A stretch of 20,000 bases of DNA, from the IMG/VR virus record IMGVR_UViG_3300018080_000160; one strand, given 5' to 3'. The translations under genes were made by a program, and so were the position numbers. Numbering within the stretch: the stretch's first letter is position 1; each line of letters begins with the position of its first letter. The DNA is from an uncultured virus (IMG/VR IMGVR_UViG_3300018080_000160). Taxonomy: Duplodnaviria; Heunggongvirae; Uroviricota; Caudoviricetes. Shown piece by piece: positions 1 through 6,736 of this stretch. The notes beneath the pieces were generated by a model, which saw nothing but the letters and a program-made list of their open reading frames with translations, did not search any database and was not told the DNA's origin.

Positions 1-1
1 C

Positions 2-169
2 CCCTCCCCCGGACTTCCCCTGATCTATATACAGGAAGTATTGCTTGTCAATAATTGGAGCTTTCACTAATTTCCCCGAAATTACATCCCCTGCCTTTGT
101 CTTGACTGAGATTTTCGCGCCAAGCAAAGCAGCAAGCCTTTTTATCTGTAACAATTCGTCTTTTGCCAT
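2..169 (-). CDS. Putative Sm/LSm/Hfq-like fold protein (partial, runs off the window start)
   Basis: Not in the ORF track; translated by hand. ATG at 169 follows GAGGT and gives MAKDELLQIKRLAALLGAKISVKTKAGDVISGKLVKAPIIDKQYFLYIDQGKSGGG. A helix followed by G-x-x-I-x-V-x-T-K-x-G-x-x-I-x-G-x-L resembles the Sm1 motif. Confidence 0.5.
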   Translation of the reverse strand, partial: MAKDELLQIKRLAALLGAKISVKTKAGDVISGKLVKAPIIDKQYFLYIDQGKSGGG

Positions 170-185
170 TTTTTTGACCTCATAT

Positions 186-236
186 AGAATAAAAAAAGTG
201 GTCTATAGCTCCTATGTGAGCGAGCTATATTTAAGT
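186..236 (-). promoter_or_regulatory. Intergenic element: TATA-like TTAAATA, 8-bp inverted repeat and T-tract (terminator and/or promoter-operator)
   Basis: TATAGCTC (204-211) and GAGCTATA (222-229) are separated by 10 nt. On the minus strand TTAAATA overlaps the start of the repeat and a T7 run (191-197) follows it. It lies between the RFC-S stop and the Sm-like RBS. Confidence 0.45.
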
Positions 237-245
237 TTAGCCTAC

Positions 246-1208
246 TTACCTCGCGCTGCTCTTCTTCTTGGCGGTTCGAGTTCGTTTATTCAACTGCGAT
301 GCAATCCACATCACTGCAATCTTTGGATGCGCTCCAACCGCGATTCGGTAATCTGCCTCTGCGATAAGAGCGATTAGATTACGCTTAGCAGATTCGCTAA
401 TCTTACTTTCGATTGTGTAGTCGAGCAACTCGGTCAAGAACTGTCTCTCGCTGACGGAGAGTTTTTCGACCACATCTACAACGAACGAACCAGTTTGGGT
501 GATACTGCTATTGATAGCAATCTTTACGAATTTAGAACACGCTTTTCGAACGCCGCTGCCAAACACAGAGATGTCACCTCCCTTTTCGTACACGCCAAGC
601 ATCTTAATCGCGTGGCGCATCTGACCGTTGGAAGATTTGACGATCTCGTTCAAATCATTGTCATCGTACTCGACTTTTTCTCGTTTGGCCACCTCCTTCA
701 AGCGTTCAATTATCGCGTCGTCCTCGATGGGTCGAAATCTGGCAATGAAGCAACGGTCAAGTATAGCTGGGTGAATCTTTGATTCGTCATTTGCAGTGAA
801 TAGACAAAGGACATTCCGCGATCTGGTTTCTAAATCTCGACGAAATCCTTGCTGTGCTGCCGTACTCATATTATCGATCTCCTCACCCACGAAAATCTTA
901 CGCCTACCACTCGTAAAGCAAGCAGTAGACATAAATTTCGTAAACGGGCCACGGAGATTGTCTATTCTACCGTCTTTGGAAGCATTCACTTCCATAAAAT
1001 CGCGCTCGCCAACGGAAAACGATTTGCGTATCACGTTAATACAGCTCGTCTTGCCCGTACCCGGCGGCCCTACAAATAGAACATGAGGCATCTTCTCTCT
1101 CGGGTCGTTTTTCTCCTTTTCGACTAATACCCTCAATCTTTTCAAGACTTTCTCGTTCCCTTTCAAGTCTTTCCACGAACGGGGCCTGTATCTAACTTCA
1201 AGACTCAT
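246..1208 (-). CDS. rfcS: Replication factor C small subunit-like clamp loader (AAA+)
   Basis: RFC boxes are visible: RYRPRSWKDLKG, PHVLFVGPPGTGKTS (Walker A), EVNASKDGRID, GEEIDNMSTAAQQGFRR, ANDESKIHPAILDRC (SRC-like) and GQMRHAI. Length is 320 aa. Confidence 0.92.
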   Translation of the reverse strand: MSLEVRYRPRSWKDLKGNEKVLKRLRVLVEKEKNDPREKMPHVLFVGPPGTGKTSCINVIRKSFSVGERDFMEVNASKDGRIDNLRGPFTKFMSTACFTSGRRKIFVGEEIDNMSTAAQQGFRRDLETRSRNVLCLFTANDESKIHPAILDRCFIARFRPIEDDAIIERLKEVAKREKVEYDDNDLNEIVKSSNGQMRHAIKMLGVYEKGGDISVFGSGVRKACSKFVKIAINSSITQTGSFVVDVVEKLSVSERQFLTELLDYTIESKISESAKRNLIALIAEADYRIAVGAHPKIAVMWIASQLNKRTRTAKKKSSAR

Positions 1209-1768
1209 TTTTGTTTCTCCTTTTTTTCTGATATTTCTGCTAAGTAACGCATCTTTTCGTCGATAAGCACTTCCAAATCTTTAAATTGGGAGAGCTTCTC
1301 GTCAACTTCTATTTTTACATCAATTAATACATTCAAAAGTCTATCAATGTCTATTAACTCTATCTTTTTAGTAATAACAGCAACATTTGCATCACAAGGC
1401 AGCCCAGATTCGATAGTTTTTACCATACTTTCGATTTTGTTAACTCCAGTCTGCGAACGAAACCACTCGTGCGGAATCTGCAAGATTAGGAGCTGCTTCT
1501 TTATTTGACTTCTCGCAAGAAAAATCTGGTCAAGAGTAAAATGATTTTTACAGTTATGACAAAGGTATTGGGGAGATAGAGGAACAGTAGGTTGTGCAAC
1601 ACTCTTCTGTGCTATCTTAATTGTGCTTGAACTCCCACATAAGGGACATTCAGGCGATTTTGGTGGTTGGAACTTGTGATTACAGTTCGGACACACGAAT
1701 ATCTGAGATACTGGGTCGAAATGGGCTAAGCCGCTACACATTGGACATAAATCTACTTTGTTCGAAAT
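1205..1768 (-). CDS. Double Zn-ribbon protein with a C-terminal coiled-coil; start probably ATT at 1768 rather than ATG at 1741
   Basis: CPNC, CPLC and CHNC are in the track ORF. Extending upstream in frame gives ISNKVDLCPMC, which completes a fourth CxxC. GGGGGT lies 7 nt before the ATT and an in-frame TGA at 1772-1774 bounds it. Confidence 0.7.
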   Translation of the reverse strand: MSNKVDLCPMCSGLAHFDPVSQIFVCPNCNHKFQPPKSPECPLCGSSSTIKIAQKSVAQPTVPLSPQYLCHNCKNHFTLDQIFLARSQIKKQLLILQIPHEWFRSQTGVNKIESMVKTIESGLPCDANVAVITKKIELIDIDRLLNVLIDVKIEVDEKLSQFKDLEVLIDEKMRYLAEISEKKEKQK

Positions 1769-2868
1769 ATGTCAAACCCCCCGCGTTTTTTGCTGCGTTT
1801 TTTCGATGTTCGTTTTTTAGGTTTTCTGCGCTTGGCGGTTTTCTTTTTCACGGTTGCTTTCTTGTCTTTTAGATTCCATTTCCGTCGCGTTGTAGTATCT
1901 GGGGTGACAATGTGAATCTTTTGAGGGATTATACTGAATGCAACTGTGGCCATTATCATTTTCTTTTTTGCAACATAAACGAACATCGAGATTTTATCGA
2001 CCACTTCGCGGTTATGTGCGTTAAGATTCTGTTCGGCGAGGTATATAACCAAAGTGGTTAGATTGATTTTCTGCTCTTTCAGAATTGCGTACACTCTCTG
2101 TCTGTCTGTGTTTATCAATACTTGCCCTACAATGTCTTTCACGCGCATCTGCTTGACTTCGTTCCTACTCGTGGCTCCATACTTCAAGATTTGGATTCCT
2201 TTGTAAAGTGGGTACATCTTAGCCGCTTTTTTGATAATCTTAACTGAAAGATTCGGGAAAAGATGTGTTAGAACAGCGGTACGAGTCGTCTCATTAGCCT
2301 CCTTAAACTCTATCACCTCTGCATTCAAGGAGATTTCTTTTTTACGGAGTTTGTAGGTTCTTTTCAACATCTTCGGAGCTATCCGCGTGATAATAATACA
2401 TGGAACGCGACAAGCATCCATCAACTCATTCAACTGCAGCATTGTTTGTTTATTGAACTTATCGAGCGAATCTACCACGACAATCTTTGGTTTGCCAATG
2501 AGGGTTGAATACCCAACTTCCTGAAAGAGTTCTTTAATTTTCTTTCGTGCCAAATCAACAAACACAAGTTCATGCGTGTTTTTGAATTTCTCGTTCACAA
2601 AATAAGATTTCCCAGTTCCTTGCGGCCCGGAAAGGATAACTAAACGGTTTTGGTACACCGCACGAATAATTCTCGCTCTCTGCTCGGAGTTACCTAAATA
2701 AAATATGCTTTCGTCCGCGTAAATCTGATCTTCTATTGAATCTCGCAAGAACGGGTAATACTTGTAGAGTATTGGGATTATATCTACGCTTTCTCCCGTT
2801 TTTTCGAGAGTTTCGAACAAGTCGAATTGGTTTGCTTTCAAGTGTTTGAAAAACATTTTTAATTTCAT
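1753..2868 (-). CDS. Divergent RFC large subunit-like AAA+ ATPase with a basic C-terminal tail
   Basis: VILSGPQGTGKS (Walker A), KPKIVVVDSLD (Walker B-like) and VPCIII. It is one gene away from RFC-S and ends in a K/R-rich tail followed by GGFDIF, the position of the archaeal RFC-L PIP box. Start set at ATG 2868, 7 nt after GGAGG. Confidence 0.7.
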   Translation of the reverse strand: MKLKMFFKHLKANQFDLFETLEKTGESVDIIPILYKYYPFLRDSIEDQIYADESIFYLGNSEQRARIIRAVYQNRLVILSGPQGTGKSYFVNEKFKNTHELVFVDLARKKIKELFQEVGYSTLIGKPKIVVVDSLDKFNKQTMLQLNELMDACRVPCIIITRIAPKMLKRTYKLRKKEISLNAEVIEFKEANETTRTAVLTHLFPNLSVKIIKKAAKMYPLYKGIQILKYGATSRNEVKQMRVKDIVGQVLINTDRQRVYAILKEQKINLTTLVIYLAEQNLNAHNREVVDKISMFVYVAKKKMIMATVAFSIIPQKIHIVTPDTTTRRKWNLKDKKATVKKKTAKRRKPKKRTSKKRSKKRGGFDIFRTK

Positions 2869-3350
2869 TACCAGTCCTCCCATAGTCGTTCTAACAATTT
2901 CTCTTTTGATTTTTGCTTTCTGGTGAATTCTGCTATCTGTTGTTGAACCACCGAGTCTAAATATGTCCTTACTGGGTCTGATATTGTATCGAATGCAAGC
3001 GTCCCCTCCACTTCATCTGTCGTGTAAAGCCCGACCCTACTCACAATCATCATATCATCAATTATAGTAGATTTACCGTCCTTTTCGAGGCGTAATGTTA
3101 ATGGGTCGCGGTTCATTATGTTTCTACACAACAGAACTTCTTGTAAATCGTCTACTTCTACTATAATTCTATATCGAGGTGATCCTTCTGTTTTGAAATA
3201 CTGTTTGCGTTCACCATTAGGTTCCATAATAACAACAGGAACATGCTGCGTCTCAGTCACCACTGTCATACTGCGTACAGAAACGGATATTTCCTCTCCT
3301 CTATCTTTAAAATCTACAAACAAATTACTTTCTGTGCCAGTGTTTGTCAA
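2868..3350 (-). CDS. Hypothetical protein (160 aa)
   Basis: Overlaps both neighbours in the leftward array and has a GGGAGG RBS; no recognisable motif. Confidence 0.65.
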   Translation of the reverse strand: MTNTGTESNLFVDFKDRGEEISVSVRSMTVVTETQHVPVVIMEPNGERKQYFKTEGSPRYRIIVEVDDLQEVLLCRNIMNRDPLTLRLEKDGKSTIIDDMMIVSRVGLYTTDEVEGTLAFDTISDPVRTYLDSVVQQQIAEFTRKQKSKEKLLERLWEDW

Positions 3351-3768
3351 AGGAATCCTCCCAAATTAGATTTAAATCAAAATTGTCATCACGACAAAGA
3401 CTATGGAAGAGCTGTTCGCTTTTACAAAAGATTTTGGTTGTATAGCAGCTATACGCTTTTTCTTGCAGTATGGTAGCAAAATTTAACACCACCACGTCGC
3501 TCGCGTACATTGCAGAGATAACCCACATATCCTCCTTCTTCCACGCATTTGCTATGCAGATTTTCGATTTATTGTGCTTGTTTTCATTGAACAAGTTTGC
3601 TGTGAATGCGTTGCGAATCCGAACTACAGCAAAGAAAGTGTAGAACGGTTTCCGTCCGTCCCAATCTTCGTATTCCTTTATACGTGCATTGAAAATCTTT
3701 AGATCGGAAATTGGGACGTGGGTAGTTTGCATCACGAAGGTGAGCCGGAATTGCTGCATGTTTATCAT
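3325..3768 (-). CDS. Hypothetical protein (147 aa), first gene of the leftward array
   Basis: ATG-started ORF filling the space between the divergence point and the next gene; no recognisable motif. Confidence 0.55.
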   Translation of the reverse strand: MINMQQFRLTFVMQTTHVPISDLKIFNARIKEYEDWDGRKPFYTFFAVVRIRNAFTANLFNENKHNKSKICIANAWKKEDMWVISAMYASDVVVLNFATILQEKAYSCYTTKIFCKSEQLFHSLCRDDNFDLNLIWEDSFDKHWHRK

Positions 3769-3770
3769 AA

Positions 3771-3803
3771 TGTGTCACAACCGTGTGTCACATTTGTGAC
3801 ACA
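3771..3803. repeat. Three copies of the palindromic 9-mer TGTG(T/A)CACA
   Basis: TGTGTCACA at 3771-3779 and 3784-3792; TGTGACACA at 3795-3803. Confidence 0.9.
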
Positions 3804-3815
3804 AAAGGTTTTAAT
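3803..3815. promoter_or_regulatory. Putative archaeal BRE-TATA promoter at the divergence point, possibly bidirectional
   Basis: AAAAGGTTTTAAT on + is a purine-rich BRE-like stretch plus TTTTAA, and it reads TTAAAA on -. It sits about 40 nt from the first start codon on each side and next to the repeats. Confidence 0.55.
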
Positions 3816-3854
3816 GCTCAACAACTATCTACTGTATTAGCACACAACAATTTA

Positions 3855-4100
3855 ATGTTTGAGGTGTTGAAACTGCCAAAAAAGAATTTTGAGATCAATC
3901 TCGAAAACTTCCCGAATCACTTGCTGCGGATGCGTGGACACGCGAGGCGGAAGATGCCTTCGGTTCCAGTTCCGTATATGTCGCTAACGGAGCATCTGGA
4001 CGGGAAAACGACGGATCTTCCAGAGATTCCGATCTACATAAAGAAGCACGAAGGTCAGACTCTTATGATTGCAGTGCTTCCAAGCGAAGAAGAGGTATGA
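3855..4100 (+). CDS. Small hypothetical protein, weak AbrB/SpoVT-like pattern
   Basis: First gene of the rightward array. Start is ATG 3855 or CTG 3873, 6 nt after GAGGTG. PSVPVP...L.EHL...IPIYIKKHEGQTLMIAVLP loosely fits a swapped-hairpin fold. The ORF is likely real; the fold call is weak. Confidence 0.5.
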   Translation: MFEVLKLPKKNFEINLENFPNHLLRMRGHARRKMPSVPVPYMSLTEHLDGKTTDLPEIPIYIKKHEGQTLMIAVLPSEEEV

Positions 4101-4103
4101 TAA

Positions 4104-5588
4104 ATGCCGCCGAAAAAGAAAACAAGCAAAAAGCCCGCCAAGAAAAAGGCGAAGAAGACTGCTAAGCGTAAAGCAACGAAGAAACCTTCTAAATCTAAAT
4201 CAAACGGGAGTGATATGGTTATTGACATATCCTTCCTTGAGGAGGGTGACTGGGCAAAGGTTAATATGAGCCAGTCCGAGCTTGTTGCTGAACTGGAGCA
4301 GGTATGGGAGGCTGAGAGTATTTTGCGTCCGCAAGTTAAGAAAAACAACCCGAAGCTCTTTGAGCGAAAGGTTCTGTCCACTTTTGAGGGCAGAATGCGG
4401 CGGAAGCTCGCATCTACAGCACAAGCAGGTAACGAATCTTGTTACATCTTCGGGATGTCGATGCCATTCGACCCATACGCTGCGATGGCTGGCAAGTGTA
4501 TGAACGAGTACCAGAAAGATCCGACTGGTGCGATGAATAAGTTCGTGAAAACTCGCAAAAACAAACGCGGAAAACGAGAGGTTTACCCAATCTTCTACCC
4601 GACCTACGCAAAAGACACACGAGACCGAATCGGTAAGGAAATCAAAGGTACATCGTGGATGACTTCAATCGTCGGTGTTTGGGGGCCACAAGATGCGAAA
4701 AAGACTAAACCGTTCGTTACAATCGCTGGAGGCAGCTTCGGAGACGAGCATGTAAGTCTAAAGTGCCCCAACTGCGGAAACGAGTCAGTTTTCAAGATTT
4801 GCCCCGATTGTGGAACAAAAAAAGCGTTTGTCCTCCCGGAGATTATGAAAAGGATGTTCCATCCCTGTTCGTTTGACATGCGCGTAAAGGTAGATGACCA
4901 AGGCAACGAAACAATCGCATGGACGAAGCAAACCGTCCCGAAACTTAAAGATAACCCCACGGAAAAACAGATGGACATCTGGGGGTTGCTTGAAGGGAAC
5001 AAGGTTCTGCGCGGACACAGAATAACTACCAAGTCAGTGCTTAGCACCTACAAGAAATACAAGAACAACCGTAACTGGTGGGTGTGGATCTCGTGTGAGG
5101 TTGTCCGTGTTATCCCTAACGAGGACAAGAAAGGCAACAAAAAAATCATCGTGAGTGACGAACACTTCTCTTTGATGGATTCAAACGGTCGAGTCCGCGA
5201 GGGAATCACGGTGCGTCTCCCTCCTCACATTTGGGAACACCAGATGAGTGGTAAGATTGGTCAAGGTTCCTCGATTATTGTTGTTGGTAAAGTAGATGGG
5301 TTCAAGGGCAATGACGGTACGTTCATCACTTACCTCGAAGCGTGGGGTATTTGGGGAGTCCCCGGTCTCGTGAATGTGCCTCCGAAAGTCGAAAACGACC
5401 TCGAAGAAGAAGAGGGATTCGAAATCTCTGATGAGGAATCTTTAGAGAATATTGAACTCGGAGATGGAGAAACGGAAGATTTTGACGACGATGACGAGGA
5501 ATGGGATGAGAGTTTTAATGACGAGGAAGCATCCGACGAAGACGACGATGACGAATTAGATGTTAATCTTGAAGAGGAGTGGGAGTAA
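4104..5588 (+). CDS. Putative single-stranded DNA-binding protein (OB fold + Zn ribbon) with basic N-tail and acidic C-tail
   Basis: Zn ribbon CPNCG..CPDCG. OB-like strands WVWISCEVVRV / IIVSDE / ITVRLP / GQGSSIIVVGKV / LEAWGIW. The D/E-rich tail ends in EEEWE, as is typical of SSBs. GAGGT RBS. Confidence 0.65.
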   Translation: MPPKKKTSKKPAKKKAKKTAKRKATKKPSKSKSNGSDMVIDISFLEEGDWAKVNMSQSELVAELEQVWEAESILRPQVKKNNPKLFERKVLSTFEGRMRRKLASTAQAGNESCYIFGMSMPFDPYAAMAGKCMNEYQKDPTGAMNKFVKTRKNKRGKREVYPIFYPTYAKDTRDRIGKEIKGTSWMTSIVGVWGPQDAKKTKPFVTIAGGSFGDEHVSLKCPNCGNESVFKICPDCGTKKAFVLPEIMKRMFHPCSFDMRVKVDDQGNETIAWTKQTVPKLKDNPTEKQMDIWGLLEGNKVLRGHRITTKSVLSTYKKYKNNRNWWVWISCEVVRVIPNEDKKGNKKIIVSDEHFSLMDSNGRVREGITVRLPPHIWEHQMSGKIGQGSSIIVVGKVDGFKGNDGTFITYLEAWGIWGVPGLVNVPPKVENDLEEEEGFEISDEESLENIELGDGETEDFDDDDEEWDESFNDEEASDEDDDDELDVNLEEEWE

Positions 5589-5753
5589 TTGGGTAAGTAT
5601 AACAAAGGGAAACAAAAAGGAATCAATCTCCTCTTCAAGAAACGCTTCGACAGCATCATGAAAGACATCCGCCGACACGAGAAGGCGATAGACGAGATAA
5701 TTTCCAATATAAAAGATTTGTGGGAGGAGGTTGGCCATCGTGGAAATACTTAA
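5589..5753 (+). CDS. Small hypothetical helical protein (54 aa)
   Basis: Translated by hand from a TTG directly after the SSB stop: MGKYNKGKQKGINLLFKKRFDSIMKDIRRHEKAIDEIISNIKDLWEEVGHRGNT. It fills the gap and overlaps the next gene. Confidence 0.55.
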   Translation: MGKYNKGKQKGINLLFKKRFDSIMKDIRRHEKAIDEIISNIKDLWEEVGHRGNT

Positions 5754-6735
5754 TCTCGAAGACAAAGATGCAGATGAAATCCTCGATCTATTTCAAAAGA
5801 TGGAGGAATTTGGCGACATCAAACGATTTGTTATCGTTCTCTGGGGGCCTGAAAAGGTGGGTAAAACACATGTAGCTCTAACAGCATCGCGTTTAATCCC
5901 CAAAAACCCTACTATATCTTCAGAGCTCCGCGAGATGCTGAAGGATGGTCGCGTAATTCTCGGAGAGCCTGTCTGGCTTATCGACACGGAAGGTAAATCC
6001 CCAAAATTAAAAGATAAGTTCACTGGGAGAGATATTCGCATTCTTCCGGTGTGGGTTCCCGATGAAAACAACCCACTGAAGCCAGATGTGGAGAAATCTT
6101 TGAAGAATTTGATGTATGCTCTCATTGCTATGTCAAAACAGCCGAAAGGGACTCTCGTTATCGACTCGTGGACTGACCCTAACTCGTGGGCAAGAAAGCT
6201 CGTGCAAAAGAAACTGGTCGAAAACGAAGCAGAAGGCTGGGAACTCGGGGAACTCATCCCACTAAAGCCTACAGACTACGAGGGCCGCAATGACATCATG
6301 GACTTCATTCTCTATTACCTTCAAAATTACATCAAAAACATGCACGTAATCTTGACGGTGCGCGGAGAACCGAAGTGGGTCACGAACTCGGATGGAAAGC
6401 GGCCACATCCCGGCCCGCTTGCCAAGAAATGCAATAAAAAGACAATGTTCTTCGCAGATGTCGAAATCAAGCTCCTCAAGAATTTGTACGATGATGGAAC
6501 TGCTGAGCGCGTTGGAAGTTTGATTACAAGTGAGTTTGACGATGATGACCCTATTTCAAAAGATTGGGTAAACCCGAATATACCAAAAATCATCGACGAC
6601 CTCAAGGACTTCGCCATCAAGAAGCGGAAGATGACGGAGAAGAAGAAGCCCAAGAAGAAGAAGGCCAAGAAAAAGAAAACGACAAAGAGGAAATCCAAAA
6701 AGAAATCCAAACGACCAGTAAAACGAGGCGGTTAG
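5731..6735 (+). CDS. P-loop ATPase, AAA_24/Sak4-like (RecA superfamily), with a K-rich C-tail
   Basis: VLWGPEKVGKT (Walker A), WLIDTEG, TLVIDSWT (Walker B), HVILT and FFADVEIKL. It lies just downstream of the SSB-like gene. Confidence 0.75.
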   Translation: MAIVEILNLEDKDADEILDLFQKMEEFGDIKRFVIVLWGPEKVGKTHVALTASRLIPKNPTISSELREMLKDGRVILGEPVWLIDTEGKSPKLKDKFTGRDIRILPVWVPDENNPLKPDVEKSLKNLMYALIAMSKQPKGTLVIDSWTDPNSWARKLVQKKLVENEAEGWELGELIPLKPTDYEGRNDIMDFILYYLQNYIKNMHVILTVRGEPKWVTNSDGKRPHPGPLAKKCNKKTMFFADVEIKLLKNLYDDGTAERVGSLITSEFDDDDPISKDWVNPNIPKIIDDLKDFAIKKRKMTEKKKPKKKKAKKKKTTKRKSKKKSKRPVKRGG

Positions 6736-6736
6736 A

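Noticed and set aside
3783..3854. N-terminal extension MCHICDTK... of the 105-aa ORF as a CxxC motif
   Set aside because: It arises from translating the TGTGNCACA repeats and the promoter; the RBS points to a start at 3855-3873.
4104..4130. MPPKKK as an SV40-type nuclear localisation signal, implying a eukaryotic host
   Set aside because: Shine-Dalgarno sites and overlapping operon-like genes indicate a prokaryotic host; the match is expected by chance in K-rich tails.
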